Origin: Stegostoma tigrinum
Lineage: Eukaryota
Reading direction: 5' to 3'
NCBI RefSeq assembly: GCF_030684315.1
Contig: NC_081365.1
Location: forward strand, 35,305,394-35,369,393
Length of the DNA stretch: 64,000 nucleotides
In this document: positions 1 to 11,650 of the stretch, piece by piece
How the letters are laid out: each line of letters begins with the position of its first letter
How positions within the stretch are numbered: position 1 is the first letter of the stretch
Notes under the pieces: model-generated
The model's database searches: none
Told to the model about the DNA's origin: nothing
Seen by the model: the letters and a program-made list of their open reading frames with translations, nothing else
Translations under genes and position numbers: made by a program

Positions 1-552
1 AATGCTGTACTAGATAGAAGTTATACTCTATAAAGGGTGTCCAATTTGTTCTCGAAAGGATGTTAAATTGGAGAGGGTTCAGGAAAGATTTACCAGGATG
101 TTGCTAGGAATGGAGGGTTTGAGTTATAAGGAGAGGCTGGATAGGCTGGGATTTTTTCACTGGAATGCAGGAGGTTGACGAGTGACCTTATAGAGGTTTG
201 TAAAATTATGAGGAGCATAAATAAGTTGAAGACCAAAGGCCTTTCCCCTAAAGTGATAGGTTTCAAAACTGGGAGACATATTTTTAAGGTGAGAGGAGAA
301 AGATTTAAAAGACAGCTGAGAGGCAACTTTCCCACAGAGTGGTTCTTATGTGGAATAAACTGCCAAAGGAAGTGGTAGATGCAGGTATTGTTATAACATC
401 TGAAAGTCATTTTGACAAGGATAGCATAAGTTTAGAGAGATATGGGCCAAATGCAGGCAAGTGGCACTAGCTTAGTTTGGGAAACTTGGTTGGCATGGAC
501 AAGTTGAACTGAAGGGTTTGTTTTCACATTGTATGAATCTATGACTGTATAA
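1..552 (+). mobile_element. CR1-clade LINE 3' fragment (end of ORF2 plus 3' UTR)
   Basis: Degenerate CR1 C-terminal motifs (LERVQERFTRMLLGM, DLIEVCKIMR, RHIFKVRGERF) followed by a typical tail ...gaagggtttgttttcacattgtatgaatctatgact. Confidence 0.85.
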
Positions 553-1699
553 CTGTACTGATGAAAATTGAACAGAATATTTATGTCAATGTTATAATGA
601 ATCTGTATAAGTCCATAATGTACCCAAAAACTTTTTCTTATACCAGAAATCACACATAACCATAGTCCAGATATTGGGCTTCAGTTCTCTGGAAAGACTT
701 AAACACATAACATTTTGACTTGGAAGCAGAATGTTAATACTGAGCTAAACTGACATTATCTAAATTAAATACAAATATTCTTTTCTTGGGGACGGATTCA
801 TTAGGGTGCAATAATACTGTGAATTTTAAGGTAAAACTGAAAGAAGCTAAATGCTTGATTTGATTAATCATCTAATTTTTTTGAATAGACAGTAGATAAT
901 TCTGTACACAGGATGTCCTATATTTTAATATGTCCTAAATCCAGAGTCAATTAATGTAGTTCCATGTTGTATGTTGGCTATTTTCTTCTCAATTTAATTG
1001 ATTTCTATATCTCTAAGGATGTTTTATCAGTTTTAGTACAAATTCTATTAACCGGTACATTCAGACCCAAATCTTGAAGTGTTGGACTGTAAGATTTCTG
1101 AAACTGAATTCCAAAAACTTTCATTATTTATAAACTGTATGTTAAAGTCCTGAGGTGAGACAATCATGGTTTAGTGCAGAGAAAACCTTTTCAACCCCCA
1201 CTTCTCATTGTAAGTCAAGACACATATTTAAATCACAAAAAGACTGAATAATTTGTAATTTTGTAATCCGTAATTAGTAATATTGGTGTATAAGTGACAT
1301 AAATGCTAGGCAAATCCAATCAGAAGAAATTACTTGAAAAACAGACATTTTGGCTTGGGTGGCATCTGTCCTTTGTTTTATCGTATTCACCTGTGCTCTG
1401 TATTGTGCCGTCTGCTTTTTATTGAGGACATCAGCTTTTAATACTATTTTCATCGAGTGGTTGGTTCTACCTGTACTAAGGCCAGTTAGTAGCACTGCTA
1501 CAGATCTAGATACTCCTGAAGCTACTTGGATCTACCAATTGTAGTCATTGTTACATTTTTCTCTAGTTGAATGGCCCCTTAGACGTAAACTAGAATATCA
1601 TATTGTTTGACATATCTACAATTGCAGGCTTGAAATATGAGATTAGGAACATTGGTTATTTGTGGCAAGCATGGTAACCCAACGCCTGAAGTTGACAGA

Positions 1700-2212
1700 G
1701 ATAATGGGAACTGCAGATGCTGGAGAATCCAAGATAATAAAATGTGAGGCTGGATGAACACAGCAGGCCAAGCAGCATCTCAGGAGCACAAAAGCTGACG
1801 TTTCGGGCCTAGACCCTTCATCAGAGAGGGGGATGGGGTGAGGGTTCTGGAATAAATAGGGAGAGAGGGGGAGGCGGACCGAAGATGGAGAGAAAAGAAG
1901 ATAGGTGGAGAGAGTATAGGTGGGGAGGTAGGGAGGGGATAGGTCAGTCCAGGGAAGACGGACAGGTCAAGGAGGTGGGATGAGGTTAGTAGGTAGATGG
2001 GGGGTGTGGCTTGGGGTGGGAGGAAGGGATGGGTGAGAGGAAGAACAGGTTAGGGAGGCAGAGACAGATTGGACTGGTTTTGGGATGCAGTGGGTGGAGG
2101 GCTGGTTGTGTGGTGCTGCGGGGGGAGGGGACGAACTGGGCTGGTTTAGGGATGCGGTGGGGGAAGGGGAGATTTTGAAACTGGTGAAGTCAACATTGAT
2201 ACCATTAGGCTT
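1700..2212 (-). mobile_element. Penelope-like element family A, 5'-truncated 3' end with pLTR and hammerhead core
   Basis: pLTR gataatgggaactgcagatgctggag...; hammerhead core on - strand at 1797-1824; flanked by the duplication aagttgacaga (1689-1699 and 2213-2223). Confidence 0.9.
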
Positions 2213-2303
2213 AAGTTGACAGATGTACAGTACTACAATGTTGTTAATGTAGTACCAGAAAGCATGTATTGTTCATTAGTCTTACACCAGTTGACACTTA
2301 CAC

Positions 2304-2398
2304 GGGGGCTGTTGTGATGCAGTGCATGGTGTTCCCACCTCTGAGCCAGGCAACCTTGGTTCAGGCCCCACTTGAACAGGTTGACTAGGGAAATATCT
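2304..2398 (+). mobile_element. Short tRNA-derived SINE-like element (decayed)
   Basis: A-box-like and B-box-like (ggttcaggccc) motifs; similar to copies at 32985, 56180, 56592 and 56710, most ending in ...gaaatatct. Confidence 0.5.
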
Positions 2399-5300
2399 GG
2401 ATATTTACGTGCAGCTTTCTCCGTTCAACTCTAGTCTGGCAGCCAGTAATCCAGTGAATCGTGCAGGAAAGCTGCTGATTCTAAATTCATGACACGCACC
2501 ATGTAAAACAAGATAATCCTTGCAGTTCCTTGCAGTACTGAAATATTGAATCCAGATTACCAGAAGGTTTCAGTAAGAACTGTGCCCTTTTTCTCTATGT
2601 CTGCATGATAAAGCTTCCAGATTCTTAAACAGATTATGGAGTCCAGTGCTAAAAATCTTGAAAAATTGATAAGCATGACAGGCTTGAAACAGTTGGCAGT
2701 CAAGAGTCTAAGTCTGTGATGGCCATGAACAGATCAAACTGAGACAAAATATAGGAATCTAAGAATCTTATATGAGTCTGAGTAACAAGGGCTGTGATGA
2801 AATGTGTGGCCGAATCGGATCAGAAATCTGGCAAGGCCAATCTTGACATCAGGAGCTTCTTGCTCCATCTTTTATGCTTTTGACAAACAATGTAGATTCT
2901 TGCTGGCAGCAGTGTGTTGCCAATTAAAAGAGCACAACTACTTGTTAAATGCTTTGCTGCCAAGCAGTTGATCTTTTCATCTTACCAAACATATCAAATA
3001 AGCTAGACATTATGAAACCAGAATGAGTTTCTAGCAGATTCAGCCTGCAACTTGTGGCTTACAACCAAACCACATCTTGGGACATAATGCAAAGGCACCA
3101 GCTGTATGCACCCCTCTTGCATGGATATAGGCACTTGGCATTTTCCAATCCCTTATGACCATCATGGTAAGCCACTTAGGAAACACAGACTCACATTGTG
3201 GAGGAACCAGCCACTGAAATTGAAGGACTGCAGTAGAGATATTTTGGCATGCACAGACAGGCACTCAACCTCATGGATGGACCAGACTGCAGCTCAGGCT
3301 TGTTTTCTTACTTTCATAGCTCTCACATACTTAGTACTTACCTCCAAGCTTACTGTATTCCTGCCTTGCACTACCTTGCCTGTTAGTGCATTGACTATTC
3401 AGCCATATCAAAGGCTATTAGTTCTACTCTATTGACTAGCTTTTTAGCACAGATACAGATTTCATGTCATGTTTGTCAGTTGGGATCTGTTTGGGGTTGC
3501 GGGGACATCATGCCGTATAGCACACCGAGACAGCAATCTAATATTTACACTATAATACCAATGTGGCAAACACACTGCACATTCATTCAGCCAACTGGCC
3601 ATGTTGGAAAATGGATGACACCTAGACTTCAGTTTAATCAAGTGGAGGCCTCTGTCTGTAATGGGGTCCCAGCTCTGTCAATCGTGAGCACAATGCAGAC
3701 TCAGTTTGGGTTTTTGGCCACAGTCAGTTGCCTGCTTCAGTGATGAAGACATGTCCCCACTTGTCAGGGTGCAGTAAGTTATCTTACTGTGTAGAGGAGT
3801 GTGCTCAGCCGTATCTGCAGGGTATGCCATCGACGATTGCTCTGAAATATAAGTACCTCCTGTGCTCTTTCTGTTCCCAAGATAAGTCATTTTCACTGAG
3901 AGTCCTTTACCCTGCCCCTGCTGGTGGCATATTTGTCATTGCTGCAACAGATGAAGGCGGATGCAGAATGACTAGGGCCAATGGCAAGCCCAGGAGCAGC
4001 AGCAGGCAAATGCAAAGCACAAAGTATACAAGTTCTTTGTGAGCTACCAAATAGAAATGCAGTCGGAAAAACAGTCTCTAGTCAAAGAGTGTCTCCATGG
4101 CAATCTAAGGAGACAGAAGATTTGTCTTGGCATGGCCGGGTGACAAGAGGAGAGGAATTGTTGGAGTAGGTCTCACTGCTGGTATTCAGTTTGGGATACC
4201 TCCAAAAACTGAGAGAAGCAGCTTCTTGATAGTCACTCAGAAGTGAAGAGGAAAAGTGACTGGGCATGATGTTGGACTGATTCTAGTAAAAACTGTTATT
4301 CTGCAGAGAACTTAACATAAAATATAACTGTGGCACGAGTGTCTTAGTTATGTTGAAAGTTATACGAATTAAAGGGAGAATATCATTCCAGTAGTCGAAT
4401 GTGGTGGTTGGTTCCTAAATAGATGATGTTGTTTTTAGATTGCTTGTTACAGCTAAAGTCTTAAAGCTTGAAATCTGCAATGAGATTCCTTTAAATTGGT
4501 CATTGTCAACTGTTTAAAAATTATCACTCTCTGTGGGAAGGGAGTCAATATTTTCAAGCCTTAGTGGTGTATGGCTCAGAAGAGAACCTGCATATAATAA
4601 GATGAACCTATGTGCCTGTTATCCTCATTTTAAGTTATTGAAGTTGCAGATTTGAAAGGAGCCATTGAAGAAAATGAGGCAGGTGCTGCAATCCATTCAC
4701 TAGAAGTTCTGCAACGATTATCCACTAATGGTAGAGGGAACATCAGTTCAATAGGCTGAATTACCCTGAAGTGGTTCACAGTTGTTATAATCCAACACTT
4801 AACTATCTTCATTTTAAAATGGAACTCATTGCCATAGTTCTTCCAATGAAGATGCTGTGAGGGATTCTAGAGCTTCAGTGATGCTGTTAGTGGTAATGTG
4901 GATCTGGCAAATAAAGAGAAAGAATGATCATGGCAACAATGCAAAAGATCACTATGGACATGAAGATACTGCCTATCTACAGAAAGATAGGCTTTAAACG
5001 TTTATTGAAAAAAAATGCTGTCCAATTTGAGAGAAAATTACACTAATACAGAACCCACAGGATTGTACAGATTCCCCAAAACCAACACCGCCCATTTTTA
5101 AAAGCAATAAGAGGATGCAATTGATTTTCCTTCTTTTTGTATTGCCATTGAATACCTCTGAAGAACAGTCCTCAACTAACCTCTGATTGGCTGGCAGCCT
5201 CTGATAAGGTGGGATTCAACTGACGAGATTTGCAATTCACTGAGAAGCCTGCTGGTCAGTTCTTAGCAACTTGATAGAAAATCAATTTATTGCACTTTCT

Positions 5301-6035
5301 CAGTGGGGTGGGTAGCAAGGGATTGTCACTATGCATACCTGCCCCACACTTAGACTGCTATCGGAAAATCACCAACATAGTATATAGTTCTTCAGCAGAA
5401 ATGGAAATAAAGAAATCAATGAAGGTGGTAGATGTGAAACATTGGTAGAGATGTGAAGGTGAGCCAGGGGTAGAAATTTGAAAAAAAAATCCACTAACTC
5501 AACTCATTCCTGTTGGAAGCTGCTGAGCTAATTTCATTTGACTATTTTTATAATTTTGCTGAATAGAGATCTATATTAAACTATTCAACAACAATAAAAT
5601 AACCATTTTAATTAATTGTTCAAAATTACATAAAAACCAACTTACATCATTTTAACATTGTATTAACATTTAGCTTGTTATAGCCAAGCACTATTTTTAG
5701 AAAAGTGGTATTCTATCCTGTGAAAGTTCCAGAACTTTTCAAATAATTAATTATTTGTGTTACTAGCCATGTGAAATGGCTGCACCATTTGTGAGTGTGT
5801 CTTACAATTACTTTTTGCATACCTGTGAGAGAGTCTGGCTATGATTTTCATGCCATGATGATTCATGTTCAATATGAGATGTTATTTTGAGCATGATTTG
5901 AATATTTAGTTTTAAAAATCCAGTCTATGGTTTACACAATTTACACAGATACTTGTATATTTAGAGGCACCCTAGTCAGATAGAAGGTGGTCTTTTCACA
6001 TTTCAGTTTGTTACATTTTACAGTTAGATTGATCG

Positions 6036-6419
6036 GGAGGCAGTGGTGTAGTGGTTGTGTCACTAGACTAGCTATCAAAACCACGTTAATGCTTTGGAAC
6101 ATAGATTTAAATCATACCGTGACAATTGGTGAAATGTGAATTCAGTAAAATTTGGGAATGAAGAGCTAGCCTCATGCTAATCATGTAACCACTGTTGACT
6201 GCCATAGGCCCAATTTGGTTTTTTAATGTCCTTTAAGAAAAGAAAACTGTCATCTTTACTTGCCCTGAAGTACTACAGACTTACAGCAATGTGGTTGACT
6301 GAATTCTGAAATATCTTTTGAAAGCCATTCAGTTCAAGGGAGATTTGGAGATGAGTAATAAACATTGGCCTAATCAGCAACACCCAGATCTCATGAATGA
6401 ATAAAAAAAGAAAAAAAAA
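6036..6419 (+). mobile_element. tRNA-derived SINE with LINE-like tail
   Basis: Head gggaggcagtggtgtagtgg; tail ...taataaacattggcc...cagcaacacccagatctcatgaatgaat plus A-run, shared with the LINE ends near 23180 and 17390. Confidence 0.7.
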
Positions 6420-6970
6420 TTCAATGGTGTCATTAAATGGACATTCAACAGTGACTCATACACATAGTGCAGACCTGGAATTAATAGTTAAAAACTAACG
6501 ACTGTATTTAATTATCCGTAGATTGTGAAAACTCAGCATATCCCTATGAAGTCATTTATTCATATTTCCACAGGAAAAGGGGACATGGTTATGAACAAAA
6601 AGTGGACAGTGGTGTGAAATTTGATCCATAAAATACAGCTCAAAAATCTGATGTAATACAAAATAAAATTTTACATCTTAAACCAATGGGCATAATTTCA
6701 AAATGCAATGTAGAAATCACTAGCATTTTTTGGAATCCCATGTAATACGTCTTGAACAGGTGCTGCCTTATTTGCTGACGATTTCTATCATTTTCTGTTT
6801 TTATTACAGACTTCCAGCAGTATTTTACCTTTGTAAGACAGAGTTTAACTAAGTTGTTGTAAGTTAATTGAGATGGAAACCAATACAAAGCATAGCTAGT
6901 GCACTTTACAAATTGCTACTTTTATATAGGAAAAATGTATTGTCAGAAAACCACGCCAGCATTTCAGCAA

Positions 6971-8715
6971 AGATAATAGGCACTGTAGATGCTGGAGAAT
7001 CCGAGATAACAAGGTGTGGAGCTGGATGAACACAGCAGGCCAAGCAGCATCTTAGGAGCAAGAAAGCTGACGTTTCAGGCCTAGACCCTTCATCAGAAAT
7101 GGGGGAGGGAAAGAGGGTTCTGAAATAAATAGGGAGAGAGGGGGAGGCAGATCAAAGATGGATAGAGGAGAAGATAGGTGAAGAGGAGACTGACAAGTTA
7201 AAGAGGCGGGGATGGAGCCAGTAAAGGTGAGTGTACGTGGGGAGGTAGGGAGGAGATAGGTCAGTCCAGGGAGGACGGACAGGTCAAGGGGGCGGGATGA
7301 GGTTAGTAGGTAGGAAATGGGGGTGCGGAGGTGGAGGAGGGAATAGGTGAGAGGAAGAACAGGTTAGGGAGGCGGGGACGCACTGGGCTGGTTTTGGGAT
7401 GCAGTGGGGATAGCAGAGATTTTGAAGCTTGTGAAGTCCACATTGATACTATTGGGCTGCAGGGTTCCCAAACGGAATATGAGTTGCTGTTCCTGCAACC
7501 TTCAGGTGGCATCGTTGTGGCACAGCAGGAGGCCCAGGATGGGCATGTCATCTGAGGAATGGGAGGGGGAGTTGAAATGGTTCGCGACTGGGAGGTGCAG
7601 CTGTTTATTGCGAACCAAACATAGGTTTCTGCAAAGTGGTCCCCAAGCCTCCGCTTGGTTTCCCTGATGTAGAGGAGGCCACAACGTGTACAGCAGATGC
7701 AGTATACCACATTAGCAGATGTGCAGGTTAACATCTGTTTGATGTGGAAAGTCTTCTTGGGGCCTGGGATGGAGCTGAGGGAGGAGGTGTGGGGGTAGGT
7801 GCAGCACTTCCTGCGGTTGCAGGGAAGTGTGCCAGGTGTGGTGGGGTTGGAGGGGAGTGTGGAGTGGACAAGGAAGTCAAGAGAGAGTGGTCCCTCTGGA
7901 AAGCACACAAGGGTGGGGAGGGAAAAATGTCTTTGGTGCTGGGGTCGGATTGTAGATGGTGAAAGTGTTGGAGGATGATGCATTGGATGCGGAGCCTGGT
8001 GGGGTGGTGTGTGAGGTCGAGGGGGATTCTTTTTTGGTTGTTATTGGGGGAAGGGGGTGTGAGGGATGAGTTGCGCGAGACACCATCAAGGATGTTCTCG
8101 ACCACGGCGGGGGGGATGTTGCAATCCTTGAAAAACAAGGACATCTGAGATGTACGGGAGTGGAATGCTTCATCCTGGAAGTAGATGTGGTGGAGGCGAA
8201 GGAATTGAGAATAGAGGATGGCATTTTTGCAGGAAGGTGTGTGGGAGGAGGTGTATTCTAGGTAGCTGTGGGAGTCGGTGGGCTTGAAATGGATATCGGT
8301 TTCTAGGTGGTTGCCTGAGATGGAGACAGTGAGGTTCCGGAAAGTAAGGGAGTTGTTAGAGATAGTCCAGGTGAACTTGAGGTTGGGGTGGAAGGTGTTG
8401 ATGAAGTGGATGAACTGTTCAAGTTCCTCGTGGGAGCATGAGGCGGCGCCGATACAGTCATCAATGTAACGGAGGAAGAGGTGGGGTTTGGGGCCAGTGT
8501 AGGTGCGGAAGAGGGATTGTTCCACATAACCTTCAAAGAGGCAGGCAAAGCTTGGGCCCATGCGGGTGCCCATAGCCACCTCTTTTGTCTGTAGGAAGGG
8601 GGAGGAATTGAAAGAGAAGTTGTTGAGGGTGAGGATGAGTTTGGCTAGGTGGATGAGGATGTCAGTGGAGGGGGACTGGTCAGGCCTGTGGGACAGGGAG
8701 AAGCAGAGGGCCTGC
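6971..8715 (-). mobile_element. Neptune-type Penelope-like element, 5'-truncated, with RT, Cys-rich linker, GIY-YIG endonuclease and pLTR (frameshifted)
   Basis: ORF 7728-8741 has AMGTRMGPSFACLF and FLRYIDD (PLE RT). ORF 7303-7983 has CNRRKCCTYP and NVVYCICCTRCGLLYIRETKRRL (GIY-YIG). pLTR at about 6971-7100. Confidence 0.93.
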
Positions 8716-8719
8716 ACAT

Positions 8720-9480
8720 TGTTTGTATTTAAATAAACCAATGGCCTTTTGAATGCCTCAATGAAACTGTTTCAGTCGTACTTTCAGGCGTGCACTTTAG
8801 ACTCAACCTACCAGCTGAATGAAGTATTTTTTGTTTCCTCACCTCACATTTGGTACTTTTACAGAACAGTTGACAACATTGCCATCTGGTCCTCAAACCA
8901 TTTATGAAAGGGAAGAGTCTCTCTTCGTCAACTCTGTCCCAACCACTCTGATTTTGAAAACTGTCAATTTGTCTCTTGGCCTTCTCCACTCAAAGGAAAA
9001 CAGCCCCAGCTTCTCCAATCTTTCCTCAGAGCTGAAGTGTTTTATCCTAGAAGTCATACTAATAAACCTCCTGCACTTTCTCCGAAGTGTTCGCATCCTT
9101 TCTATGACATGGTGCCTAGAAGTATATACTACATTCTAGATAATACCCAAACAGTGTCTTATACATCATAAGATTCATCATAATCTCGCTGCTCTTGTAC
9201 TCTACACGCTACCTATGAAGTCTAGAATGCTGTATGCTTTGTTAACAGCTCTTGCTACCTGTCCTGCCACCTTTAATAATTTATGTCCATATACATCCAG
9301 GTCACTGTGCTCCATCACACCCTTTAGAATAGTACCCTTTTATTTTAACTATCTCTCCATTTTCTTTGTAGAAAAGTGCACTACCTCACACTTCTCTGCA
9401 TTAAATTTCAGCTGCCACCTATCTGTCCACTCCATCAACTTGTCAGTATCCATTTGAAGTTACTCACTGTCCTTGTCATA
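8720..9480 (-). mobile_element. CR1 LINE fragment(s)
   Basis: Minus-strand EERLEKLGLFSFEWRRPRDKL and WQLKFNAEKCEVVHF-like motifs. Confidence 0.8.
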
Positions 9481-10204
9481 CACTGAAATAATCAATGAGA
9501 TTATTGAGACTCAGATTCTTCTTTCAATCAAAACCAGTTTCATTAAATAACCATTCCTCTAATCACCATTTCCATCTCCTTCACTGTCTTTGCACTGTAA
9601 AGTCCTTCCAGATAGTGGATGAACCTATATGTTATCAATGAGAACTTTCACCATATTGGGACTGGACTTCTTTTGCATTCTATACACTCTACACTCATCT
9701 CAAAGTCTTCCTGATGTTTTGGTAAGTGTTTGTAAAATTCCATCTCTATTGTGGTTTTGTAACCTGAGAACAAAATCTAGGTGTACTTTTTGATTCAAGA
9801 AGTCCATTTTCTATCCATACCATCTTTTTCCGGTGCTCAACTCACCTCAAGCATTTTCTATTGAGCTAGTTGTACATAGGACATCATCAGTTTCACAATA
9901 AGTGAAAATTTCACATTCTGTTTGTAAGTTGAAGATGACATTTCAGTTTGATGATCACAGAAAGACTTTGTTTTTTGAATTATGTGCAGGACTTATTTTT
10001 TATGGAGCCTGAAGACACTTTTGGTTTTCTTTTCTCATTACTTTCAGGGCTGAATTTCTTAAATTATATTTGAGTGTACAGAGGATGATGGAGCACATAC
10101 AAGGCTTTTACGCTGCTCAGCGGTTGAGTGTGTAACATTTTATAGAGAACACCACTGTCAGGTTTACAATAGGCATTGCAGCAAGGTCCATTCACTTGAA
10201 TCAG

Positions 10205-10428
10205 AGATAATGGGAACTGCAGATGCTGGAGAATCCGAGATAACAAAGTATAGAGCTGGATGAACACAGCAGGCCAAGCAGCATCTTAGGAGCACAAAAG
10301 TTGACATTTCGGGCCTTGACCCTTCATCGGAAAAGGGTGATGAAGGGTCTAGGCCCAAAATGTCAGCTTTTGTGGCCCTCAGGTGCTGCTTGGCCTGCTG
10401 TGTTCATCCAGCTCCACACTTTGTTATC
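10205..10428. mobile_element. Fold-back mini-PLE (two inverted pLTRs, family A)
   Basis: The left arm 10205-10330 is the reverse complement of the right arm 10337-10428; flanking duplication tccattcactt (10187-10197 and 10429-10439). Confidence 0.88.
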
Positions 10429-10802
10429 TCCATTCACTTTAAACCTGATCTTCCCTACTGTGGATGACAAACCTTGTTTGTCGCTGTTACTTATCATCTT
10501 CCTGCTCCTCCAACCACATACTATTTCCCTTCCACACTTGCCTCTAGTTGGTTCACTCTATCCACAGTAAACACAGATGAGCACCAGCTTGTTATTGGAG
10601 GAGCAGCTCATTTCACAATTTCTCTGTTCTACATATCAGGGTGATTTTTTTCTCATTGGTAGCCCCTATGGAGATAACATTTCCCAGGAGATTGTACACT
10701 TTTGAGGTTGATTTTGCTTGCTGCTCCCATGTGTTTTGAACACTAGCAAAGATGTATGCTTGCTGATACAGACCAGTGTGTTTGACTCCATGCACTGGAT
10801 GT

Positions 10803-11113
10803 CACGGTGGCTCAGTGGTTAGCACTGCTGCATCACAGCACCAGCGACCCAGGCTCAATTCCAGCCTCGGGTGACTGTTTGTGTGGAGTTTGCACATTCT
10901 CCATGTGTCTGCATGGGTTTCCTCCGGGTGGTCCGGTTTCCTCCCACAGTCCAAAGATGTGCAGGCTTGATGGACTTGCCATGTTATTGCCCGTAGTGTT
11001 CAGGGGTGTGTAGATTAGGTGGATTATAGGGGGATCTGTCTAGTGAGATGTTTTGAGGGTCAGTGTGGACTTATTGGGCTACAGGGCCTGTTTCCACACT
11101 GTAGAGATTCTGT
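10803..11113 (+). mobile_element. HE1-type V-SINE (tRNA head, V-domain, CR1-like tail)
   Basis: ggtggctcagtggttagcactgctg A-box, ggctcaattcc B-box, V-domain tgtgtggagtttgcacattctcc...ggtttcctccgg...ggtttcctcccacagtccaaag, tail gggcctgtttccacactgtag. Confidence 0.88.
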
Positions 11114-11650
11114 GATAGGAGCAGGAGGTCATTTGGCCCTTTGAGCCTGCTACACCACCCCTCATGATCATGGCTGATCATCCAACTCAATAGCCTAATC
11201 CTGCTTTCTCCCCATAACCTTTGATCCCATTGGCCCCAAGTGCTATATCTAGCTGCCTCTTGAATGCATTCGATGTTTTGGCATCAAGTACTTCCTGTAG
11301 TAATGAATTCCACAGGTTCACCACTCTTTGGGTGAAGAAATGTCTCCTCATCTCCGTCCTAAATTGTCTACCCTGAATCCTCATACTGTAAATCCTGATT
11401 CTGGACACACTCATCATTGGGAACATCCTCCCCGCATATACCTTGCCCAGTCCTGTTAGAATTTTTTAATTCTCTAAGGGATACTCTCTCATTCGTTTGA
11501 ACTCTAGTGAAAACAATCTCGACCTAGTCAAATCTCTCCTCATTTGTCAGACCTGCCATCCCCAGAATCAGCCTGGTAAGCCTTCGCTGCACTACCTTGA
11601 GAGCATCCTTCCTCTGAAAAGGAGACCAAAACTGCACACAATATTCCAGG
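11114..11650 (-). mobile_element. CR1 LINE 3' part, interrupted by a PLE; continues at 13518-13645
   Basis: ORF FRTEMRRHFFTQRVVNLWNSL...; the LEYCVQFWSP motif is cut at the insertion site. Confidence 0.85.

Noticed and set aside
7728-8741. 337-aa RT ORF as an active or domesticated gene
   Set aside because: It is 5'-truncated, frameshifted before the endonuclease, and its start lies in unrelated flanking sequence
10803-10870. tRNA gene
   Set aside because: It is the head of a V-SINE, with a degenerate B-box and no clean cloverleaf
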